Notes: generated from the letters alone by a model not told the origin. Positions 7,049 to 16,330 are shown, counted from the stretch's first letter. The stretch is DNA of 19,769 nt from Candidatus Eiseniibacteriota bacterium (GCA_043810925.1 JBDRNT010000001.1:1-19769), one strand, 5' to 3'. A program made the numbers and translations.

Positions 7049-8704
7049 ATGAAACTCAAAGCGCTGTGGATATGCCTTGTGGCTGCAGTGGGAGTCAGTC
7101 TCCTGGTGTCATCACTCCTCTACTGCGGTCCGAGCAAGAAGGACCGGCAGGAGATCCAGGAGATGATGAACCGGGGAAAGAAGCTGAGGGAGACCTTTGA
7201 GAAGGAACGATCCGAGTTCGTCGAGTCCGGCAGCGAGTGGCTGGGGAATCCAACTGAGGAGAACAGGCAAGAGGCCCTCGCAGACCTGGCAGACAGGAAC
7301 GCCGCTGAAGCCGCTCTTCAGGCAAACCGCGACTCGACAATCGCCAAGGTGGATTCCGCCTTTGACGACGGCATACCTCCCGGGGCGGATATAAAGTACG
7401 ACCCGAATTGCGGTAAGGACACTGACGGCTATACCTCTTCACGATGCTACATCAGGATTTGTGAGGGGGGCTTCAAAGACGGCCCCGACTGGCTCGCCTC
7501 AACCAAAATTCATGAATGGGAACACGTGAAGCAGAAGAGTGATGGTGAATGGGGCCCCGGGATTGACGGCCCCAAGAAATGTACCTGGCTGTATCACTGG
7601 CATGAGATCGAGGCCTATAATGCTGAGCTCCAGGCCGATTTCGGAAGCCAGACCAGTCTCGACGATTCACTCAAGCAGGAGATCTGGGAGCGGAAACTCT
7701 ACCATATAGAGGCCGGTCTCAGGTCGATCTTCCCGTCGTGGGTTGCTGAGCGGATCATGAGGACTCTCCCCGATAAGATAGTCCACAAATCTATCTCGAT
7801 AGCCAATGATTCGGACGCAGCCCAGTACGTATCCGGCTATTTCGAAGACGACGAGGGGTGGCTCATTACTCCGCCGGGGTTCGAATTCTGGCTTGAGTCG
7901 GAGCAGGAGACGACGCTTACGGTTGATGTTGAGGTGCCTCCAATGGCCGAGCTCGGGCTTGGAAACGAAGTGTGGTGTCACGTCTACTCGGATATCTTCC
8001 CGGAACCCACGGGATTTGCTACGATGCAGATAGACTCTGCCAGCGACTTCTTCTTCATACATGTGATCCCCGCGGTTGATGTGATCGCAGGGCCGGATGT
8101 CAGTGGGTTCCCGCTTGCTCAGCCGAGCATAGGCTTCACAATAATCAATGAGGGAGCAACACCGGATACCGTTGACATCAGCCTCACGAGCGTGCTGGGC
8201 TGGCCGCTCGGCCAGGATTACTGGATTGAACCCCTGAATCCGGGTGAATGGGTTGATGTTGTGACCTATGTCGAGCTCCCGGACAGCGCGCCGTTTACGA
8301 CCGATCTCATATACTGTCATGCAACGTCACTCACTTCCCCTGGCCACATCGACAGCAGCAGCCTCACGGCCATGGTGGATGACTATCTGGTCGGCACGCC
8401 TGGTGAGCCTGATCGGTTTGCCTTCGCGCTGATGCCCAATGTGCCCAACCCGTTCACGTCGGGTACACTTGTGAGGTTCTCGATCCCTGTGGCATCGCCT
8501 GTGGATCTTAAGGTCTACGATGTCAGGGGCCGGCTCGTAAGAACCCTTATGAGAGCAGGTTCAGACGTGGTTCAGCCGGGAATCCACACCGTGCGGTGGG
8601 ACGGCAAGGACAACGATGGCAATCAGCTTGCAAGCGGTGTCTATTTTTCCGAGCTCAATGCCGGCGGACGGAAGGCAACCCGAAAGCTGGTGATGTTGAA
8701 GTAA
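7049..8704 (+). CDS. Putative zinc metallopeptidase (HExxH) with Ig-like domains and a FlgD-Ig/T9SS-type CTD
   Basis: AGGGGAG RBS overlaps the upstream stop (ATG 7049 or 7043). Hydrophobic N-terminus. HEWEH (7511-7525) followed by EIEAYNAE. Two Ig-like segments (ISIANDSD...; FTIINEGATPDT...LNPGE). CTD NVPNPF...LKVYDVRGRLVRTL...WDGKDNDGNQLASGVYF...TRKLVMLK. Confidence 0.75.
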   Translation: MKLKALWICLVAAVGVSLLVSSLLYCGPSKKDRQEIQEMMNRGKKLRETFEKERSEFVESGSEWLGNPTEENRQEALADLADRNAAEAALQANRDSTIAKVDSAFDDGIPPGADIKYDPNCGKDTDGYTSSRCYIRICEGGFKDGPDWLASTKIHEWEHVKQKSDGEWGPGIDGPKKCTWLYHWHEIEAYNAELQADFGSQTSLDDSLKQEIWERKLYHIEAGLRSIFPSWVAERIMRTLPDKIVHKSISIANDSDAAQYVSGYFEDDEGWLITPPGFEFWLESEQETTLTVDVEVPPMAELGLGNEVWCHVYSDIFPEPTGFATMQIDSASDFFFIHVIPAVDVIAGPDVSGFPLAQPSIGFTIINEGATPDTVDISLTSVLGWPLGQDYWIEPLNPGEWVDVVTYVELPDSAPFTTDLIYCHATSLTSPGHIDSSSLTAMVDDYLVGTPGEPDRFAFALMPNVPNPFTSGTLVRFSIPVASPVDLKVYDVRGRLVRTLMRAGSDVVQPGIHTVRWDGKDNDGNQLASGVYFSELNAGGRKATRKLVMLK

Positions 8705-8731
8705 GAATTTCGGGGATACTATACTAGATTT

Positions 8732-8785
8732 GCGGCGTGGAACCTCTGACCACTTCTGGGTGGTCGCAGGCCACGCCGCTATTTT
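8732..8785. terminator. Long hairpin between convergent genes, probable terminator
   Basis: GCGGCGTGG (8732-8740)/CCACGCCGC (8771-8779), inner GACCACT/GGTGGTC (8748-8765), followed by TATTTT on the + strand. Abuts the stop codon of the permease. Confidence 0.6.
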
Positions 8786-9882
8786 GCACGTTTGGAGAAA
8801 CGGATCCAGGAGAAGGTGAATATCAGGGCGCCGAACACAAGCATGGCGCCGATCTCACGATAGAGGTCACTTATGCCTGCCCCTTTCATAATTATGCCCC
8901 GCACTATCTTCATGAAGTACTGGAGCGGGTTGGCAAGCGTTATGTAACGGACCGCCTTCGGCATATTTTCAACCGGTGTGAAGAAGCCGGACGTGAGAAT
9001 GGTAAAGACCGAGAAGAACCATCCGAAGAACATCGCCTGCTGCTGGGTGTGGGATATGGTTGAGATAAACATTCCCACACCAAGGGTTGTGAAGAGATAG
9101 ACAAATGCCAGGCTATAAAGAAGCAGCGGCGAACCCACAAAGGGAATCTTAAACCACGCTATCCCGAAGGCGAGTGCGACCGTGATTTCGATAAAACCCA
9201 GTATGGCAAATGGAATGGTCTTACCCATGATGAATGCGGGCGTTGAGATGGGGGTCACCATAACCTGCTCGAGCGTCCCCATTTCACGCTCGCGCACGAT
9301 GGCCATCGATGTCAGCATAACCGTTATAGATGTCAGCAGCGTTGCCACGATAGCAGGTACCATGAAGTAGATGGTCTTGGCCTCGGGGTTATAGAGGAAC
9401 TTCTTGTGAAGGGTTATCGGGCGCTCGAGTGGGGTCATGCGTTCGTTGAACTTCTGGGTTATAAGGCCCGCATAACCGATCGCGATACCTGCCGCGTTGG
9501 CATTCGTGCCGTCCACCCAGAAGCCGACCCGGGCTTCCTGACCGGCTTCGAGCCGTTCGGAGAAGTCCTCGGGTATCACAAGTGCGGCATTGTAGCGGTT
9601 CTCCCGAAAACCATCCTCGATTTGGGTGACGGGTATGTTCGGGGCTTCGATCACGAAGTAGTCGTCCGCAGAGAAGGACCGCAGGAACTCCCGTGAGATC
9701 TCAGTACGGTCGCGATCGAAAACAGCCGTATATATAAGCCTCACATCGAGATTGACCGCGTATCCAAGGAGAAGAAGCTGGAATAAGGGCGCGATGAAGA
9801 TAAGGCGGAGCATCATCTTGTCACGGAAGACCTGTAAGAACTCCTTCTTCACAAGTGCGAGAACTGTTCTCCGTGTTCCCAT
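8779..9882 (-). CDS. ABC-2 type permease, YbhR-like (367 aa)
   Basis: KKEFLQVFRD, LYNPE, AIVREREMGTLEQVMVTP, NPLQYF. The true start is MGTRR at 9882, 2 nt after the upstream stop; the ORF-track extension to 10281 overlaps the other permease. Confidence 0.92.
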   Translation of the reverse strand: MGTRRTVLALVKKEFLQVFRDKMMLRLIFIAPLFQLLLLGYAVNLDVRLIYTAVFDRDRTEISREFLRSFSADDYFVIEAPNIPVTQIEDGFRENRYNAALVIPEDFSERLEAGQEARVGFWVDGTNANAAGIAIGYAGLITQKFNERMTPLERPITLHKKFLYNPEAKTIYFMVPAIVATLLTSITVMLTSMAIVREREMGTLEQVMVTPISTPAFIMGKTIPFAILGFIEITVALAFGIAWFKIPFVGSPLLLYSLAFVYLFTTLGVGMFISTISHTQQQAMFFGWFFSVFTILTSGFFTPVENMPKAVRYITLANPLQYFMKIVRGIIMKGAGISDLYREIGAMLVFGALIFTFSWIRFSKRAK

Positions 9883-9884
9883 CT

Positions 9885-10991
9885 TTACCCGATCCTTACC
9901 TTGAAAAGTTTGGCGGCGAGACTGAGGAGCACGAGTGAGATCACCGCAAGCCCCACAGCCTGCGGCCAGAGAGTGGTGAGACCCGAACCCTTTAGCATCA
10001 CACCCCGAATTATGCTTATGAAATACCGGGCCGGTACTATCAGCGTTATCATCTGGAGCACTTTGGGCATGTTCTTTATCTCGAAGGCGAACCCGGAAAG
10101 CAGAACCGACGGCATCATCGTCAGCGTGAGCGTTATCGTCATGGCAACCTGCTGGGTACGCGCGAGCGTGGACACCAGGATCCCGATCGACAGCGCGGCC
10201 ACTATGAAAATCACTGCAAAGAACGCAAGGAGTGCCATCGAGCCGGCGACGGGGACACCGAAGTGAAATACCGCGAAGCACCAGACGAGAAAGCCGTCAA
10301 GCCCGGCGAGGCCGATATACGGGATGATCTTTCCGATGATGATCTCACGCGGCTTCACGGGTGCCGTGAGCAGTTGCTCAAGCGTGCCCGTCTCTTTTTC
10401 CCGTGCGATCGTAAGCGAAGTGAGAAGGGCCGACACGAGCATAAGGATGACTGCGATAAGCCCGAGGACAAAGAAGTGAGACGACTTAAGGTCGGGGTTA
10501 TAAAGCACCTGCTGGGAGAGTCTCACCCCCGGAATCTCAAAACCGGGAGGGAGTCTATCCTCGAGCATGCTCTGTAATACGATCTCGGCATAGCTCGCCG
10601 TAGCGGTGGCCGTGTTGGCATCCGCCCCATCTAGGACAAGCCCTAAGTCGAAAGGCGTTCCATCTTCAAGGGCCGCACCGAAGCCCGGACGTATCGCTAG
10701 GATCCCGTGGGCCTGCGAACGCCTCAAGACCGTCTCGGGATTGCTGAGCGTGGGCGCTGCATCGGGCTCCGTGAAGTAGCCTGAGTTGTAGAACCTGCTT
10801 GCGAGGTCCCGCGACTCTACGGTGTTGTCATAATCCACGATGGCCAGTTTGATGTTCTTTACATCCAGATTTATGGCATAGCCATAGAGGAGAGTCATTA
10901 GAAGCGGCATCAGGATCGCGATCATGAGCGATCTCGGGTCTCTCAATATGTGCCTGATCTCCTTTGAGGCTATGTAGCGTATACTACGCAT
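9885..10991 (-). CDS. ABC-2 type permease, YbhS-like
   Basis: KEIRHILRDPRSL, YGYAINLDV, LYNPDLKS, LTIAREKETGTLEQLLTAP, PARYF. Confidence 0.93.
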   Translation of the reverse strand: MRSIRYIASKEIRHILRDPRSLMIAILMPLLMTLLYGYAINLDVKNIKLAIVDYDNTVESRDLASRFYNSGYFTEPDAAPTLSNPETVLRRSQAHGILAIRPGFGAALEDGTPFDLGLVLDGADANTATATASYAEIVLQSMLEDRLPPGFEIPGVRLSQQVLYNPDLKSSHFFVLGLIAVILMLVSALLTSLTIAREKETGTLEQLLTAPVKPREIIIGKIIPYIGLAGLDGFLVWCFAVFHFGVPVAGSMALLAFFAVIFIVAALSIGILVSTLARTQQVAMTITLTLTMMPSVLLSGFAFEIKNMPKVLQMITLIVPARYFISIIRGVMLKGSGLTTLWPQAVGLAVISLVLLSLAAKLFKVRIG

Positions 10992-11751
10992 TGGTTTCCT
11001 TTTCAGATATAAGCGAGATAAAAGTCTCCTCGAGATTCGGCTCGCCGTACTTCACTACAAGCTCGTGCGGGGGCCCGACCTCTACGATCGCGCCGCGGTG
11101 CATGATCGATATGCGCCGGCAGAACTCCGCCTCGTCCATGTAATGGGTCGTCACAAAGAGTGTGGTCCCCTGCTCGGCGAGGTCATAGAGGATGTCCCAG
11201 AAGCGCCGTCTGAAAACGGGATCCACGCCGCCCGTCGGCTCATCCAGGAAGACAATCTTCGGATCATGGAGGATCGCCGCAGCCAGAGCAATTCGCTGAC
11301 GCCACCCCACGGGAAGTGATCCCGTGAGTCGTTTGATGAAGTCTCCCAACCCGAGCCGCTCCGTGAGGTCCTCAATCCGCTTGCGGAGGTCGCCCCCACC
11401 GAGACCATAGACCATACCGTAGAAGTTGAGATTCTCAAGCCCCGTTAGATCGGGATAGAGCGAAAACTTTTGAGACATGTAGCCGATGCTCTGCTTGATA
11501 CTCTCAGGTTCGGTCATGATGTCATACCCGGCGACCCTGCCGGTCCCCGTTGTCGGAAGCAGCAGCCCGCAAAGCATCCGGATCGCAGTGGTCTTGCCTG
11601 CACCGTTTGCACCGAGGAAACCGAAGATCTCGCCGTAGTCGACACTCAGGTCTATGTGATCTACGGCGACAAATTCCCCGAACTTGCGGGTAAGACCCTC
11701 TACGACAACAGCCTTATCGGTCACGGGCTTCCTCTCCGGCATTGTTTTCAT
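10984..11751 (-). CDS. ABC transporter ATP-binding protein (like the C-terminal half of YbhF)
   Basis: Walker A GANGAGKTT, Q-loop YMSQKFSLY, signature LPVGW, Walker B IVFLDEPT, H-loop TTHYMDE. Confidence 0.95.
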   Translation of the reverse strand: MKTMPERKPVTDKAVVVEGLTRKFGEFVAVDHIDLSVDYGEIFGFLGANGAGKTTAIRMLCGLLLPTTGTGRVAGYDIMTEPESIKQSIGYMSQKFSLYPDLTGLENLNFYGMVYGLGGGDLRKRIEDLTERLGLGDFIKRLTGSLPVGWRQRIALAAAILHDPKIVFLDEPTGGVDPVFRRRFWDILYDLAEQGTTLFVTTHYMDEAEFCRRISIMHRGAIVEVGPPHELVVKYGEPNLEETFISLISEKETNA

Positions 11752-12679
11752 TTCCAGGTTCCACTCCCATTAACTGTATGAAGACATCCTCAAGCCCCGG
11801 TTCGATTTCCTTAACACCGCCGGGTGCGAGTCCCGCTCCCTCGAGCGCCGCGGTGACCGAACCACCATCGACCATTTCGTGGGTGTAGACATGAAGTGTT
11901 GCTCCGAAGCGGCCTGCCCGGATACCGAGCTTGTCAAGTCTCCGCATCCCCTCACTCGTCACCTCGACTGGAGCCTCATAGACCCTGCCTACGTACCGGT
12001 TGACCAGATCTTCCGGCGCTCCTTCAGCCAGAAGCTTCCCCCTATTCATGAAGATGGCTCTGTCGGCTCGACCTATCTCGTCCATGTAAGGTGTTGAGAC
12101 CAGGATGGATGCCCCCTCGGTTCTTAAGTCACCGAGGATATTCCAGAACTGCCTTCTCGAAAGCGGATCCACACCGGTCGTCGGCTCATCGAGGACAAGT
12201 ACCTCGGGGTTATGGATCAGGTTGCAGCTCAGGGCCAGCTTCTGTTTCATGCCGCCCGAGAGGTTCTGGACTCTACGGTCGGCAAAGGGTCCGAGACCGG
12301 AGAACTCATAAAGGCGCTCCTTCTTGGTCCGGAACTCACCGCGGCTGAGTCCAAAGAGGCCCGCATAGAAGGCGAGGTTCTCATCGACCGAGAGATCGGG
12401 ATAGAGCGAAAAAGTCTGGGGCATGTAACCGAGGATGGGTTTGACGGCTTCGAAGTCGCGGGGTATGTCATAGCCGGCAACGCTTATCTTCCCCTGGGTG
12501 AAGTCGACAAGACCGCAGATCGAACGGAAAAGTGTGGTCTTCCCGGCACCATCCGGGCCGGCGACTGCCAGAATCTCTGCCCTGCCCAGTGTGAAGCTTA
12601 TGCCGTCGACTGCGACGATCGAGCCGTAGAATTTCTTGAACTCCCTGACTTCTATCGGAGTTAGTGGAACTGTGCTCAT
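11714..12679 (-). CDS. ABC transporter ATP-binding protein (like the N-terminal half of YbhF)
   Basis: Walker A GPDGAGKTT, signature LSGGM, Walker B VLVLDEPT, H-loop position STPYMDE, C-terminal LEDVFI. Confidence 0.95.
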   Translation of the reverse strand: MSTVPLTPIEVREFKKFYGSIVAVDGISFTLGRAEILAVAGPDGAGKTTLFRSICGLVDFTQGKISVAGYDIPRDFEAVKPILGYMPQTFSLYPDLSVDENLAFYAGLFGLSRGEFRTKKERLYEFSGLGPFADRRVQNLSGGMKQKLALSCNLIHNPEVLVLDEPTTGVDPLSRRQFWNILGDLRTEGASILVSTPYMDEIGRADRAIFMNRGKLLAEGAPEDLVNRYVGRVYEAPVEVTSEGMRRLDKLGIRAGRFGATLHVYTHEMVDGGSVTAALEGAGLAPGGVKEIEPGLEDVFIQLMGVEPGNENNAGEEARDR

Positions 12680-13563
12680 GGAATTCTCACCATCACAGGC
12701 ATCCCGATCTTCAGAACCTGTTCCGGGTTGGGAATTGTTATCTTGACCGCATAGACCAGATCGGCCCGCGCCTCACGGGATTGAACGTTCTTCGGTGTGA
12801 ACTCAGCCTCGGGTGAGATCCAGCTCACCTTTCCCGCTATGGGTTCGGTCCTGCCGTCTTCGGGATCGATCTCGGCTCTTGCACCAAGTTTGATACTGGT
12901 GAGCATACTCGGCGGCAGGTAGATCTTGACCGTGACCGGATCGAGCCGGGCGATCTTGACAAGGGGTTTCCCGACGCCCAGGAGTTCGCCCTGCTCGACA
13001 TAGGACGTAACAACGGTTCCCGCAAGAGGTGAGACCGGCCGGCAATCGGCGAGTTGCTTTTCAAGGATCGCGATCTCGGTCTCGGCCCTCTTCCTGTCTG
13101 CCCTTGCACCGGACAGTGTAGCCCCTGCAGTCTTACGGGCCAGCCTTGCCTGGAGATACCGGTTCTCGACCTGATCGTACTGCTGCTGGTTGACCGATCC
13201 TTTGCCGACGAGATTCTTAAGCCTGAAGAAGTCGGTTCGTGCAAGCGAGCTATCGAGATCCGCCCTTTCGATCTGGAGCCGGGCCGAGCTCTCCTGGGTC
13301 CACGCAGCACCCAGCTCTGCCTTCGCCTGGGCAAGTTTGAGACTCACGGTTGTGGTGTCAATAAGCGCTATCGTATCGCCCGTGCGGATGGTCTCCCCCT
13401 CATCGAAGTAAAGGGCCTCCAGCCTGCCTCCGGTCTCAGCCGAGACCACCACCGACGTAGCCTCGATGAAACCAGATCCGGCGGGTACGCCGTTATTGTC
13501 GCCGCATGAGACCAGACTCAAGCCCAACAACATGAGAGCTGATGCAAGTAGAAGCCGTTTCAT
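12676..13563 (-). CDS. HlyD-family periplasmic adaptor lipoprotein, YbhG-like (295 aa)
   Basis: GGAGGT RBS before ATG 13563. Lipobox LVS-C. SGFIEA, coiled-coil hairpin, SPLAGTV, ISPEAEFTPKNVQ, LKIGMP. Confidence 0.93.
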   Translation of the reverse strand: MKRLLLASALMLLGLSLVSCGDNNGVPAGSGFIEATSVVVSAETGGRLEALYFDEGETIRTGDTIALIDTTTVSLKLAQAKAELGAAWTQESSARLQIERADLDSSLARTDFFRLKNLVGKGSVNQQQYDQVENRYLQARLARKTAGATLSGARADRKRAETEIAILEKQLADCRPVSPLAGTVVTSYVEQGELLGVGKPLVKIARLDPVTVKIYLPPSMLTSIKLGARAEIDPEDGRTEPIAGKVSWISPEAEFTPKNVQSREARADLVYAVKITIPNPEQVLKIGMPVMVRIP

Positions 13564-14885
13564 CGTAAACCTCCATAGATCCTGGTTGAACCCATTGAAT
13601 AGAAGTAATCCGTTTCGGCAAGATAGCAATCTATGATCGATGCACGGTATTGTTCCTCGAGAGATTGAAGGTCATCTTCCATCTCGATCAGCCTGTTTAC
13701 CGAGAGAAGCCCCGCCCTCTGCCGCTCTTCTGCAAGTGCAAATCTGCGTCTGGCAAGTTTGAGCTGGCGTCCCGTATGCTCCATGGTGGCGTATGACCTT
13801 TGGGCCGATTCGACAGCAATCTCACGCTGAAGCGCAAGACGCTCCAGCAGGTCCTCCTCCATCAACCTGGCGGATCTTGCCCTCTCCCGCGCGGCCGACC
13901 TCGTCCTCACGGTCGCGCCTCCGAGATTGAAATCCCAGGTAAGGCTTACACCCACCATCATGTAGTCATTCCAGTCGTTGTTAAAGAGATCCTGGTTGGG
14001 CATACCGATCGAGTACCCGGCGATGGCTGCAAGCGATGGCAGGTTATCCGCCGTCGCAACAGTCACGGCATGCTCGGCGGCTCTCGCCATGTGTGCCAGC
14101 TGATCGACTTCTGGTCGATCCGATGATGTGGAACGATCGAGCGCATCCACGAGCGGTTTGGCCGGCGGCTCTACGTTGTCAACCGGATGGACGGCCTCGG
14201 AGTCGGTAAGACCCGTCAGAGACTTGAGGTTCGCCGCTGTGATCTCCCGCATGGCAAGCTTCTCAGCCAGCGCCTGTCTCCCTCTCTCAGAAGCGATTTC
14301 CGCTTCAAAGATGTCGATAGAATCCGCCATACCACTTTCGTGGAGTTGGCCGACGTCCCGGCCGATAGCCTCAAGCCTGCTGAGTGAAGCCTTGGCGCTG
14401 CGAACCAGCGCTTCGGCGAGGAGCATCTCAAGATAGGCCCGTCTACACTTGTAGGCAGTCCCCATGCGTTGAGCCCTTACCTTGGCGGCCTCAGCAAGAC
14501 TCGTCTCCCTCGTTGCCCGAACGGCGCCTGAGATTCTGCCGCCCGTGAAAAGCGGAAGGCTCAAGGTGGCGTCGGCCTGGTGGATCTCCTCGGAACCGAT
14601 CTCTCTCGAGATCCCGAGCGGTTCAAGATCGAGACTCGGGATCTCATCCTTACGGCTTGACCGAGCCTCGATTGAGAGTGATGGGAATCTCCGCGCACGT
14701 GCGGCTGCATACTCAAGGCGTGCCGCACCCGAGTCGCTCATTGCTGCTTTGACACCGTAGTCATGTTCAAGCGCCAGGTCTATCGCCTCTGTGATTCTTA
14801 GATCGCGCGCTTCCGCGCCTGCGGATATGACGAGCAGGCAGATGAGTAGGACTCCCGCGAGCGGCCTATCTTGCCTCAAGCCCAT
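13560..14885 (-). CDS. TolC-family outer-membrane efflux protein
   Basis: Signal peptide ends AEA. EAIDLALEHD, ARRFPSLSI, LSLPLFTGG, RPEV, VGVSLTWDF, and two helical repeats. Start uncertain (14885, 14879 or 14939). Confidence 0.88.
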   Translation of the reverse strand: MGLRQDRPLAGVLLICLLVISAGAEARDLRITEAIDLALEHDYGVKAAMSDSGAARLEYAAARARRFPSLSIEARSSRKDEIPSLDLEPLGISREIGSEEIHQADATLSLPLFTGGRISGAVRATRETSLAEAAKVRAQRMGTAYKCRRAYLEMLLAEALVRSAKASLSRLEAIGRDVGQLHESGMADSIDIFEAEIASERGRQALAEKLAMREITAANLKSLTGLTDSEAVHPVDNVEPPAKPLVDALDRSTSSDRPEVDQLAHMARAAEHAVTVATADNLPSLAAIAGYSIGMPNQDLFNNDWNDYMMVGVSLTWDFNLGGATVRTRSAARERARSARLMEEDLLERLALQREIAVESAQRSYATMEHTGRQLKLARRRFALAEERQRAGLLSVNRLIEMEDDLQSLEEQYRASIIDCYLAETDYFYSMGSTRIYGGLR

Positions 14886-15483
14886 GCATGAGAAGATCCA
14901 CGATCGCTTCGATTCTCTGCTCGGTGAATTCGGTATCATCTTCGATCCCCCAGATTTGGTTTACCATCGGAGCCATGATGAGATAGAACATGCTCATTCC
15001 GACGAACGAGATAATCGTGTGACGCGTATCGATATCTCGATACTTACCTGATTGCTTACCCTCCTCAATCAGACGGACAATCATCGTGCGGAGCTCCTCC
15101 TTGCCGGCAAGATTAGGAAGAATGCTCTTTATACGCTCTCCGCCCGCAGCCAGCTCGCGGAGGAAGATACGGCTGGCCTTGTCATTTGCCCGAAGGCCCC
15201 TGGCATGGTACCGGGCTACAGTGCGGAGCACATCCTCGAGCTCCATGCTTTCTGCTATCCCTTGTGACAGGTCGGTGACCGCGGCCTCGAGATGGGTCGC
15301 CAGGATGTGATCGTACAGATCCTCCTTCGAGTCGAAGTGATAATAGATCATCGCCTTGTTGATCCCCGCCCTGGCAGCTATGCTGTCAACCCGGGCTCCG
15401 GCGAGGCCGAGTTCGGCGAACTCATCGAGAGCCGCCATGAGAATCCTTTCTTTACTGCTTCTCAAATCCTTTGACACAGCCAT
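14866..15483 (-). CDS. TetR/AcrR-family transcriptional regulator
   Basis: ERILMAALDEFAELGLAGARVDSIAARAGINKAMIYYHFDSKEDLY HTH. First gene of the efflux operon. Confidence 0.96.
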   Translation of the reverse strand: MAVSKDLRSSKERILMAALDEFAELGLAGARVDSIAARAGINKAMIYYHFDSKEDLYDHILATHLEAAVTDLSQGIAESMELEDVLRTVARYHARGLRANDKASRIFLRELAAGGERIKSILPNLAGKEELRTMIVRLIEEGKQSGKYRDIDTRHTIISFVGMSMFYLIMAPMVNQIWGIEDDTEFTEQRIEAIVDLLMHGLEAR

Positions 15484-15503
15484 CTTATGCCCTCACCATC
15501 TAT

Positions 15504-15535
15504 TTAGTTAAACTAACCAGTTATATAATCGGTTA
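15504..15535. promoter_or_regulatory. Candidate TetR operator(s)
   Basis: TTAGTT-A-AACTAA (15504-15516), TAAC-CA-GTTA (15514-15523) and TAATCGGTTA (15526-15535) in an AT-rich patch 20-50 nt upstream of the TetR start. Confidence 0.55.
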
Positions 15536-15575
15536 TTCAAGCCCTAAAGTCAAGCAGAAAAATGCGAAAGTTCCT

Positions 15576-15779
15576 TTACTCCGGTATGGGCTCGTGGGCC
15601 TTCCGCCCGTAGACCTTCTCATAGGCTTTGCAGGCGGGGCAGAGCCCCCCTTCAAGGAGGCGGACAAACCAGTATGCAAATCCTCTCTGGTTCTTCCGGG
15701 CGCGGTCGCACACGGTACATTCCATGCACTTCTGAGCATTCTCTCGGGCTCTATCAGTAAGCGTATCAGTCTGTGTCAA
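15576..15779 (-). CDS. Small Cys-rich protein (CxxCxxC...CxxC, 67 aa)
   Basis: AAGGAGG overlaps the cupin stop, then 8 nt and TTG 15779. Contains CMECTVC and CPAC. Confidence 0.7.
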   Translation of the reverse strand: MTQTDTLTDRARENAQKCMECTVCDRARKNQRGFAYWFVRLLEGGLCPACKAYEKVYGRKAHEPIPE

Positions 15780-15792
15780 TTCAATCTCCTCC

Positions 15793-16164
15793 TTACACGT
15801 CAAGTCGATCATAGCGGTCTTTTGTGATCTCGGACTTCACCTTGCCGGTGTGCGCGATGTCTACCGGTTCAACCAGGATCAGTTTGACGTGTCCCCGGGG
15901 AACCACGCGGTGTTCCTTTCCCCTTGAGACGATACAGAACTCACCCGCATGCAGCGTAACGGTCTCGTCCCGCTCGTAGACATCGAGCACGCCCTCCACG
16001 ACGAGGAAGAGCTCATCCTCATTATCATGGGTATGCCACGGGACTTTTTCTCCCTCAAGCCGCGCGAGTTTGAAGTGCTGACCGTTAAGTTCTCCCACGA
16101 TCTTCGGTGAATAGGTGTCCGTGAACTTCTCAAAGCACTGTTCGATGTTGATCGCCTTCGCCAT
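15793..16164 (-). CDS. Cupin-domain protein (123 aa)
   Basis: AAAGGAG RBS before ATG 16164/16167. Cupin motif 1 PWHTHDNEDELFLVVEG and motif 2 GEFCIVSRGKEHR. Confidence 0.9.
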   Translation of the reverse strand: MAKAINIEQCFEKFTDTYSPKIVGELNGQHFKLARLEGEKVPWHTHDNEDELFLVVEGVLDVYERDETVTLHAGEFCIVSRGKEHRVVPRGHVKLILVEPVDIAHTGKVKSEITKDRYDRLDV

Positions 16165-16330
16165 CATCCATCTCCTTTCGACTATTCTAATACATGTTCG
16201 GTCAATGTGCCGATCTGTGTCAATACCTCTTCTCCCGCAAAACCGCATGCACCTGCCCCGGAACGTTGGTATAGTAGGGAAGTAGTCGACTCCCCTGTAG
16301 CTGTGAATGTTGATTTATGGAGGTACACGC

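Noticed and set aside
3861-8704. Similar C-termini of the propeller and the peptidase as a recent duplication or DGR target
   Set aside because: The similarity is at protein-motif level (shared CTD family). No long nucleotide repeat or reverse transcriptase is seen.
9883-10281. N-terminal 133 aa of the 500-aa permease ORF
   Set aside because: Out-of-frame overlap with the upstream permease; the real start is 9882.
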